From the NCBI GenBank assembly GCA_042408215.1, contig JAYFMW010000005.1, forward strand, positions 644,363 through 708,362: DNA of 64,000 nt. Direction: 5' to 3'. A program made the position numbers and the translations under genes. The notes below the pieces were generated by a model, which saw nothing but the letters and a program-made list of their open reading frames with translations, ran no database searches and was not told where the DNA came from. This document shows positions 9,309 through 18,089 of this stretch, in pieces (within the stretch, counting starts at the first letter, position 1; each line of letters begins with the position of its first letter). The DNA is from Microcoleus sp. Its GTDB lineage: Bacteria; Cyanobacteriota; Cyanobacteriia; Cyanobacteriales; Microcoleaceae.

Positions 9309-12236
9309 ATGACCCAAAAACCACATCAATCTGAAAATTTAGAAGCCGATGTAAATCGTCTACTGCGGCTGTTGGAAAAGGAACCATCTTTGAAAGGGCA
9401 GCACGATATTGCCGCAATTAAGGCTTGCCGTAATAAGGCAATTGCTCCCAGATTCGAGATTGTCTTTGCGGGGACGTACAGTGCTGGTAAGTCGATGCTG
9501 ATCAATGCTTTGCTAGGGCAAGATTTGCTTTACAGCAGTACAGGTCATGCTACTGGCATCGAATGCTACATAGAGTATGCCAAGTCGTCAAAGGAAGAAC
9601 GAGTTGAACTTATGTTTCTTAGCGTCTTAGAAGTGCAGGAAGAGGTCAATGACAGATATAAAACTCTGGCTCTGGAACTAAAGTCAGTTGACATTACTCC
9701 AGAGGGTGCCATTGAAAAATTAAGGTCACAATGTCAAAAAATTACTGAAAATCATAAGGGTTCTGGGAAAACTGAGAAGGAAGACGAAGCAGAGGGACTG
9801 CTGACATTACTTGATGGATTTGAGGCTAACCGCCAATACATCGACCAATCGAAAAATAATACTTATGGGATGGAGGATTTAGGTCTTTCCAACAAGGATG
9901 CACATAATTATGCTCGTCGCGGCATAAACAGTGCTGTTCTCAAGCGCATTAAATACTACTGCCATTATCCCCTGTTAGAGGATGGTAACGTCCTAGTTGA
10001 CTTGCCAGGGATCGATGCCCCAGTGTTAAGAGATGCAAAATTAACCTATCGCAAAGTTGAAGATACTAACACCTCTGCTGTCATCTGTGTGATGAAGGCC
10101 GATCAAGAAGGGGAGATAGAGACAGCAGAAAAGAAACTAATAGAAGCAATACGGGAAAACTCAGGAATTGGCGATCGCGTCTTTTACGTCTTTAACCGCA
10201 TCGACAAAACTTGGCGTTACCCCAAACTGAAACAAGAACTGGACGATCTGATTAGTGAAGATTTCAGTAATACACGAAGGGGAATTTATGAAACTAGCGC
10301 ATTGCTGGGTTTCTGGGCTAGTCAACTCAAAAATATAAGTGAAAGCGATGATCGCTGGGGACTAGATACTATATTTGAAGCCGAAACCAGTAAAGGCTCA
10401 GATAAAGTTGAAGGAACCCCTTCATTTGTGTTGGAGTTCCTTGATTATTGTGATTCCGATAAACTACCCGTTGATAAATTTACTGATATTGTACGGCGTA
10501 AAACTCAAACTAAAAATGAGCAATATTTGGAGATTATTAATCGTTATAAAACCCGTATAATCGAGCAGTTAATTCAGGATAGCGGTATTCAGGAATTTAG
10601 TAATGCTATCACCCGCTATCTAACCGAAGAAAAGCGACCAGAATTATTTGCCAACCTAGCTAATGATATTAGTGAACTGTGTAACGACTTGTATCAATCT
10701 TACTCAGAAGAGCGCCGTCAGTGGAAAAAGAAACCTGCAAATATTGCAGAAATGACAGAACGAGATTTGCTACAGATCGAAAAAGAAGTATGGGAGGTTG
10801 GCGAAGCTTTTTACCGACAAATAGAAGAACAAATTCAACTATTGGTGAGGGATACCTGCGAAGATTTTAAGCAAGATTTCAACAATCTTCACCAGAAGAT
10901 GCAAGATAATCTTACCGACTTGATAGAAAACTTTTCTATATTAGATGCCTTCGCCAATACCTGCCGCAATCATCATCATGTCACAGCGCCATTAGTAGCC
11001 GTTTTGGGACAAGCCTTCTATGACATTGCTAATGGATTAGAAAATGTTCTGCTTAAGGAATCAGAAATTTTGATTGCTCGTTTTTTCCAACGCTTGATTA
11101 AGCGAGTACGCAAGCAACAATACTACCGTCAGCTTCGTAATTTGTTGGGTGATGATTGTGAAATAGTCCAAGAGTTACAGAATATAGAAAAAATAATTAT
11201 TGAGGGGGTAAAGGTTTTGGCGAGTGCAGAATGTGTGTTTTATATCGTCGAAAGCCCCGATCTTTACGATTACGAAGATAGTGTTTGGCTCTATCAGTTT
11301 CGTGAAACTTTGCAAGAAGCATCTAAAAGTCGAGATGTCAAACGTATGGTAGAAGCAGAAGCACCTATACGTCAACTCCTAGAAATTGATTTTCAAGCTA
11401 AATTCAAACAAACAATAGAAGTTGATTTGGGTTCAAAAATTATCAAAATGCTGAATAAATATCTGTTGTCAATGGCTGAAAATAAACGGCAATTGATTTG
11501 GCAGCAGTCCGCTCGCGCTCGCACCAACAAACGGCAAGCAATAGAAAAAGAGGCTCAAGCGAAAATCGACGAGCGTAACCGGAAGTTGAGAGAAGTTGAG
11601 GTAAAAATTGCCGACTATAACCAAGCAGTTGCAGGTATAAATAGCTGCTTAGAGGTTATGAAATTAGACGACTACAAGCTGCCTACAATACCTGAAGATC
11701 ATTCGAGTGCCACGCCAGTTTTTATTGACGTAAATTCTGTAGAGTCAAATAACATCCCACCAGAATCTACTTCCAGTTTAGGCTCAGAAAATGATTTGAG
11801 TGCGACACAAGGCTATACTGAGACAAATCTTGTAGAATCAGATGACAGCACGAACCTTGTAGCAAGTCTCGTGCGACCTAATTACTTGGCTGCTCAATCC
11901 GAAAGTTCCAAAAAATTAGAGAGGGGACAACTTGTGGAGGGCAGAGTTACGAAAGTTACGCCAGATGTCGTAGTTCTCACTTTTGATGGTAAAGTTGGGT
12001 TGCTCCACATAAGTAATGTTAGCAGCGACTTTGTTGAATCTCTCCCGGAGCTATTTGAGGAAGATCAGCTAATCAAGGCAATGATTGTTACACTCGATGA
12101 CGGTAAGGGTCGGATTGCTCTGTCTACTAAGGTTTTGGAAAAATATAAGGGGGAGATCCTGAAAAATATGGAGGAGGTGATGACTGATGCAGAAGCTCGT
12201 ACCAAGGAAGCACGTAACAAACTGCCTAAGTCATAA
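9309..12236 (+). CDS. Bacterial dynamin-like GTPase (SynDLP/KGK-clade-like) with a C-terminal S1 RNA-binding domain
   Basis: G1 AGTYSAGKS, G2 HATG, G3 DLPG, G4 NRID; long helical stalk; acidic linker; terminal S1 fold (GQLVEGRV...GLLHISNVS...RIALSTKVLE). Confidence 0.88.
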   Translation: MTQKPHQSENLEADVNRLLRLLEKEPSLKGQHDIAAIKACRNKAIAPRFEIVFAGTYSAGKSMLINALLGQDLLYSSTGHATGIECYIEYAKSSKEERVELMFLSVLEVQEEVNDRYKTLALELKSVDITPEGAIEKLRSQCQKITENHKGSGKTEKEDEAEGLLTLLDGFEANRQYIDQSKNNTYGMEDLGLSNKDAHNYARRGINSAVLKRIKYYCHYPLLEDGNVLVDLPGIDAPVLRDAKLTYRKVEDTNTSAVICVMKADQEGEIETAEKKLIEAIRENSGIGDRVFYVFNRIDKTWRYPKLKQELDDLISEDFSNTRRGIYETSALLGFWASQLKNISESDDRWGLDTIFEAETSKGSDKVEGTPSFVLEFLDYCDSDKLPVDKFTDIVRRKTQTKNEQYLEIINRYKTRIIEQLIQDSGIQEFSNAITRYLTEEKRPELFANLANDISELCNDLYQSYSEERRQWKKKPANIAEMTERDLLQIEKEVWEVGEAFYRQIEEQIQLLVRDTCEDFKQDFNNLHQKMQDNLTDLIENFSILDAFANTCRNHHHVTAPLVAVLGQAFYDIANGLENVLLKESEILIARFFQRLIKRVRKQQYYRQLRNLLGDDCEIVQELQNIEKIIIEGVKVLASAECVFYIVESPDLYDYEDSVWLYQFRETLQEASKSRDVKRMVEAEAPIRQLLEIDFQAKFKQTIEVDLGSKIIKMLNKYLLSMAENKRQLIWQQSARARTNKRQAIEKEAQAKIDERNRKLREVEVKIADYNQAVAGINSCLEVMKLDDYKLPTIPEDHSSATPVFIDVNSVESNNIPPESTSSLGSENDLSATQGYTETNLVESDDSTNLVASLVRPNYLAAQSESSKKLERGQLVEGRVTKVTPDVVVLTFDGKVGLLHISNVSSDFVESLPELFEEDQLIKAMIVTLDDGKGRIALSTKVLEKYKGEILKNMEEVMTDAEARTKEARNKLPKS

Positions 12237-12316
12237 GCATTTATGCAGGGGTGTATTGGCAATATACCTCCACATAACGAGCCTGGAAGTGTCTGATTTT
12301 ATAATCTCTACCAGAA

Positions 12317-12571
12317 ATGTCTTTGATTAGAAAAACTCCACGAATTTTAATTCCACCAAAGGTGAGGAAACTTGTTTTTGAGCGCGATGGGAATTGCTGC
12401 AAAAGCTGCGGAAAGAATGACCAAGAGATTAATCTTACGATCGATCACATCATTCCCTTAGCTCTTGGAGGCTCAAATGACATCAGCAATCTGCAAACGC
12501 TTTGCTTCGATTGCAATAGACGAAAAAAAGACCGTATTGACCCCCGGTTTAAGCGTAGATTCAGCAAATGA
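12317..12571 (+). CDS. Small HNH endonuclease (McrA-like)
   Basis: VFERDGNCCKSCG...LTIDHIIPLALGGSNDISNLQTLCFDCNRRK. Confidence 0.93.
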   Translation: MSLIRKTPRILIPPKVRKLVFERDGNCCKSCGKNDQEINLTIDHIIPLALGGSNDISNLQTLCFDCNRRKKDRIDPRFKRRFSK

Positions 12572-12583
12572 AAAGGAAAAAGT

Positions 12584-13279
12584 ATGCCTGAAACAACTCC
12601 TAATTATTCGCCTGCTATTTTGGGTACAAGCATAGCTGTTTTATGGTTTATTCATACAGGATTATCCAGTAGCAAACAATATAATAATTATTTATCAAAA
12701 TTGAGCGATTTTTTTAATAAAAAACCGATAATATTACCTTCATTAATAGTGTTAATATCTCCGTTTATATTGACTCGTCTTGCCCTGCCTGAGTATGAAC
12801 TAACCGGAGCGTTTAAACAATTTTTATCAATATTTACTTTTGTTCTAGGTGTAGTGATTGCCAGGGGAAAAGAAAAATCCGACTCAAGAAAAAGAGATAA
12901 GATTTTAGCAAACTCTCTGTTGGTAGAATCCTTTGAGAACCTTGAGAGATTGAACAGAAATAAAACAAAAATTCAAGAGAAATTCGCTTCTCCCTTATCA
13001 GTATTAAATCTCATCAAACTAGAATCTCTAGTTAATCTTATTGCTGAAACGCAAGAAGTTAATTCAATTAAATTGGTAAAACTACATTTTAATATAAAAC
13101 GTTATATTAAGCCTCTGAAACGTCTCAACTCTAAAATTAGAAAATACAACGATCGACTCAACGATCGACTCTCTAAAAAAATTGCTAACTCTCCAGAAGA
13201 CTCCCAACAATTACTACTTCAGATTTCGGAAATCAGAAAAAAAATATTGAAAATCATAAAGGTTTTAAGTAGCTTTTAG
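12584..13279 (+). CDS. Hypothetical membrane protein (three N-terminal hydrophobic segments, Lys-rich helical C-terminus); may extend to 13391 if one T is removed at 13274-13277
   Basis: ORF starts 12 bp after the HNH stop; hydrophobic stretches; AT-rich. Confidence 0.7.
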   Translation: MPETTPNYSPAILGTSIAVLWFIHTGLSSSKQYNNYLSKLSDFFNKKPIILPSLIVLISPFILTRLALPEYELTGAFKQFLSIFTFVLGVVIARGKEKSDSRKRDKILANSLLVESFENLERLNRNKTKIQEKFASPLSVLNLIKLESLVNLIAETQEVNSIKLVKLHFNIKRYIKPLKRLNSKIRKYNDRLNDRLSKKIANSPEDSQQLLLQISEIRKKILKIIKVLSSF

Positions 13280-13611
13280 ACTAATTAGCGACGACAGCAA
13301 GGGAAAAAAAGCAGAAATTCGCGCAAAATATAACACGATTCGCATAGCACAAAAATTGCGCGAAATGGGTGTTAATCCTGATGAAGTGTGAGGTTTTTTT
13401 CGGTTGTTAAATTGAGGGCGATTCCCTACCATTAGGCAACGCTTCGCGCGTTCGGGATAGATCAGCTTCACGCACTTTTTTTACAGCAGAAATATCAGAA
13501 ATCTGGAAAGTGCGATCGCACTTCCCATCTCCCCATCTCCTCACCCCATCCCCTTATTAAGATTTCCTTAATTGCTTTGATCGGATACAGAAATCAGTGC
13601 TACTATTAAAA

Positions 13612-13697
13612 GCTTAGCTAGGGGTGCCCGAAAATCCGGGCTGAGAAACACCCTTAGAACCTGAGTCTGGGTAATACCAGCGGAGGGAAGCTGTTTA
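13612..13697 (+). ncRNA. TPP riboswitch
   Basis: AGCTAGGGGTGCC...GGGCTGAGAAACACCCTTAGAACCTGAGTCTGGGTAATACCAGCGGAGGGAAGCT core, directly upstream of thiC. Confidence 0.96.
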
Positions 13698-13709
13698 TCA
13701 AGGACATAA

Positions 13710-15087
<1,378 letters not shown>

Positions 15088-15217
15088 TTGGATTAATTCG
15101 TAGGGTGGGCATTGCCCACCTTACTTAATGGTAAAGCTGTTGCTTGTGGGGTGCGTTCCCAGGCTCTGCCTAGGAACGAGAAAGTTCTGACAATTGTGGG
15201 AGGAGGTTAGCAACAAA

Positions 15218-15733
15218 TTAGCTAATCAATTCTTGTGATTTAGCCATTGCCTCATTCAGCACTACCACAGAAGTAGCGGATAAATTCCAAGTTTTGATCG
15301 TAGGTTTGAGTGCTTTTTTGAGCGCATCCTGTAGCGGTGGTAGCCACGCCTCTTGATGTCCCTTAATCACCAGTATTAAGCGAAAACTGGCTTTTTTCAG
15401 ATCCAGGGTTTGAAAGGAGTTAGGCAATTCTTCATAGGTAGAATGACGCTGTAGGCAAGTTGCCACAGTCAACGTGAGCGCGTTGGTCAATTTCTCTTGA
15501 ATTTCTAGGATAAAATCATCGAATTTATGCTTGTTTTCATGACGTGGGGAACTCTGCTTTGCCTCCACAATCCATACTATAGACTCATCTTGGGAATGAA
15601 GCAGTAAGAACTCCGCTATCTTCACGCCCTCCTGAATTTTTCGGTGAGTTTCGCTCTTCTCAATGTAGAAACAATGTCCTTCTGGGTAAGGGCCAAATTT
15701 CATCCCAGACTCAATAATTGGCTCACTCGTCAT
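15218..15733 (-). CDS. Hypothetical protein with possible PD-(D/E)XK nuclease motif
   Basis: KIAEFLLL...IVWIVEAKQSSP; start overlaps the ATPase stop (ATGA). Confidence 0.65.
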   Translation of the reverse strand: MTSEPIIESGMKFGPYPEGHCFYIEKSETHRKIQEGVKIAEFLLLHSQDESIVWIVEAKQSSPRHENKHKFDDFILEIQEKLTNALTLTVATCLQRHSTYEELPNSFQTLDLKKASFRLILVIKGHQEAWLPPLQDALKKALKPTIKTWNLSATSVVVLNEAMAKSQELIS

Positions 15734-16746
15734 TGCAATGCCAGCTCCACCTCTTCTTTATAAAGCTGGATTGATTCGTCTATAATTGGGTTATCTGGCA
15801 ACCCTTCCCGGAGATTTGCGATATCCCAACTATCATCTTTCACAGAAATTATAGGAATTAAAAGTTTATCATTTTTCTGTGCTATAAGAAACAGTTTTTT
15901 GATGACAAAATAGGAGTGACTTGCCATGAAAAACTGGATTCCACACTCAGCTAACATGGCGATAATATCGAGAAACTTTGAAATTGCGGCTGGATGTAGT
16001 GCTGATTCTGGCTCATCGATGAAGATTACCGAATTCTGGTCAAGATAACGGTTTCCTAATAAAGTGTCAAGAATGGAAATCTTCTTAATACCTTCTGCTG
16101 TTACGCCAATCGGGAACTTTTGATTCCCCTTCTTGAACAGCCAACGCCCCAACTTTTCATCATACTCAACTTTTCCTTCTAGAATATCGCTGAGGTTCTT
16201 TCTGGACATAGCAAACTGCTGGTAATTTCTGCCACCTGTAGGAAGTTGGCGCAGTGCTCGTGCTAAATCGAGATAGGTATCATCGAAGCCGAAGGTCTTG
16301 CTCAGTTCGCGGGATTGTAGAATGATATGATGCAGGGAGAGAACTTCTTTTGTAGGTAAAAAAATCGAGTTACTACTTCGAGGCGGAACATGATTTTCTA
16401 AAGTCTGGATACTTTTGGTGGTGTCTTTACCAAATCTATAATAAAACTCTTGACCATCAAATATAAGCTTGAAAGATAGTGGTTCATCTGCTCCTTTGCT
16501 CACGAGGTCGCCGATTTTCTCTATCTCAAAAGTCCAATAAAGTTTATCTGCGAGTATTTCGGAAGCATTGCGTGGTTCGTTGCCCCGTTTATACTCTTCT
16601 AGGGTTCGCATAGCACTGTAAAGCGCTTTGAGCAGAATGGTTTTACCTGTTCCATTACCGCCGATAATCAAATTAATATTACCTAATTTCTCGCACTTGA
16701 ACTGATGGATAGGTCCAAAGTTCTTGAGTTCAAGGCTATTTATCAT
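15730..16746 (-). CDS. ABC-type ATPase (AAA_15/AAA_21, AbiEii/OLD-like ATPase domain)
   Basis: LELKNFGPI, Walker A GGNGTGKT, signature-like TAEGIKK, Walker B/D-loop IFIDEPESALHP, H-loop ASHS. Confidence 0.9.
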   Translation of the reverse strand: MINSLELKNFGPIHQFKCEKLGNINLIIGGNGTGKTILLKALYSAMRTLEEYKRGNEPRNASEILADKLYWTFEIEKIGDLVSKGADEPLSFKLIFDGQEFYYRFGKDTTKSIQTLENHVPPRSSNSIFLPTKEVLSLHHIILQSRELSKTFGFDDTYLDLARALRQLPTGGRNYQQFAMSRKNLSDILEGKVEYDEKLGRWLFKKGNQKFPIGVTAEGIKKISILDTLLGNRYLDQNSVIFIDEPESALHPAAISKFLDIIAMLAECGIQFFMASHSYFVIKKLFLIAQKNDKLLIPIISVKDDSWDIANLREGLPDNPIIDESIQLYKEEVELALQ

Positions 16747-16988
16747 TGGTTATTTCTCACAAAACTTGTCTGAAAAACATGACATCCCCGACTTCTTAAA
16801 GAAATCCGGGATATCAGTATATTGAGATAGAAAATCAAGAGGCAGAGCAAGAAAGAAATGCCTTCCTAGGCTCGGCCTAGGAACGAGTAAATGAATTTTC
16901 TTGTCCCCCCCTTATTAAGGGGGGTTAGGGGGGATCTAGAATTCGAGACCCACAAAAAAGACTTAAACAACGCCGCCAAATATCACAA

Positions 16989-17279
16989 TTAAACTGCGAC
17001 AGGTTCAGCCACAGGCGCTGCTACAACCACAGGATAAATGCTGACTTTCTTGCGAGTTTTGCCCTTTCTTTCAAAAGTCACCACACCATCAATCATGGCA
17101 AACAGAGTATCATCTCTGCCGATACCAACATTATTACCAGGGTGAACTTTCGTGCCGCGTTGACGAATCAAAATGTTGCCAGCTTTGACAACTTGACCGC
17201 CGTACTTTTTGACGCCCAGACGCTGGGAATTAGAGTCGCGTCCGTTACGTGTACTGCCAGTACCTTTCTTATGGGCCAT
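16989..17279 (-). CDS. rpmA: 50S ribosomal protein L27
   Basis: [24 protein letters not shown]. Confidence 0.99.
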   Translation of the reverse strand: MAHKKGTGSTRNGRDSNSQRLGVKKYGGQVVKAGNILIRQRGTKVHPGNNVGIGRDDTLFAMIDGVVTFERKGKTRKKVSIYPVVVAAPVAEPVAV

Positions 17280-17306
17280 GATTTCCTCAACTTTAATTAC
17301 TATTTT

Positions 17307-17699
17307 TTATTCTGAATCACTTTCGGCGGTTTGGGGAGTTTCCACAACAGCTTGAGTTAAGTCTCTCGCGGCCAAAACAACACCATTGACGCTGATGGAG
17401 TCAATCATAAAGCGAGTTGTTTCTTGACGGTGGCCTTTTTTCTTCCGAGTTTTCTTTTTCGGCTTCATCTTGTAGACGAGGACTTTGCGGCCCCGGAAAT
17501 GCCGCAGAACAGTTCCTTCTACTGTGGCATTTTCTACTAGAGGTTGGCCGATGTGAACGTCGTTTTCGTGCTGGATCAGAAATACTTTGTCGATGGTGAC
17601 TTTTGATTCGGCTTCGACGTGAAGCAGTTCGATGTCGTAGAAGCGGCCTGGTTCTACCCGAAATTGTTTGCCGCCAGTTTCAATGATTGCGTAAGTCAT
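17307..17699 (-). CDS. rplU: 50S ribosomal protein L21
   Basis: MTYAIIETGGKQFRV...KKTRKKKGHRQ. Confidence 0.99.
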   Translation of the reverse strand: MTYAIIETGGKQFRVEPGRFYDIELLHVEAESKVTIDKVFLIQHENDVHIGQPLVENATVEGTVLRHFRGRKVLVYKMKPKKKTRKKKGHRQETTRFMIDSISVNGVVLAARDLTQAVVETPQTAESDSE

Positions 17700-17839
17700 G
17701 GGATGGTTGTTGAGATTGCCGTACAGGTAGCTGGTTAGTCATCGGTCATTGGTCGTTGTGGACTTTTGACTGTGGACTGCTCTCCAGCTTTTGGAATGTC
17801 TTAACCTGATCCGAGCCGGATTTAGACAGACAATCTACT

Positions 17840-17868
17840 ATTATGGGCGATCGGTGTATTTTTGTCAA
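17840..17868 (-). promoter_or_regulatory. Sigma70-type promoter of rplU-rpmA
   Basis: Minus-strand TTGACA (17868-17863), 17-bp spacer, CATAAT (17845-17840). Confidence 0.75.
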
Positions 17869-17919
17869 GCTAAAGCGCGATCGATATTTTCTGATTGTTA
17901 GTTTGAGAACCGATCAAAA

Positions 17920-18000
17920 CCCAAGAAACCGGGTTTTTGCCCTTGAAGTGGCCTGTAACGAAGTATCTCGGAAAAAACCCGGTTTCTGACCACCCGTGCG
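17920..18000. repeat. Dispersed palindromic element AGAAACCGGGTTTTT...AAAAACCCGGTTTCT
   Basis: Further copies at about 48884-48950, 52684-52748 and 59925-59990. Confidence 0.85.
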
Positions 18001-18089
18001 TAAGTCTTATATTATTTTATTTCAGGAATACTTAGAAAATTGAATGTAGAATTTCTTAGATGATCTCTTCTGACACAAGGCAGGTAAAA

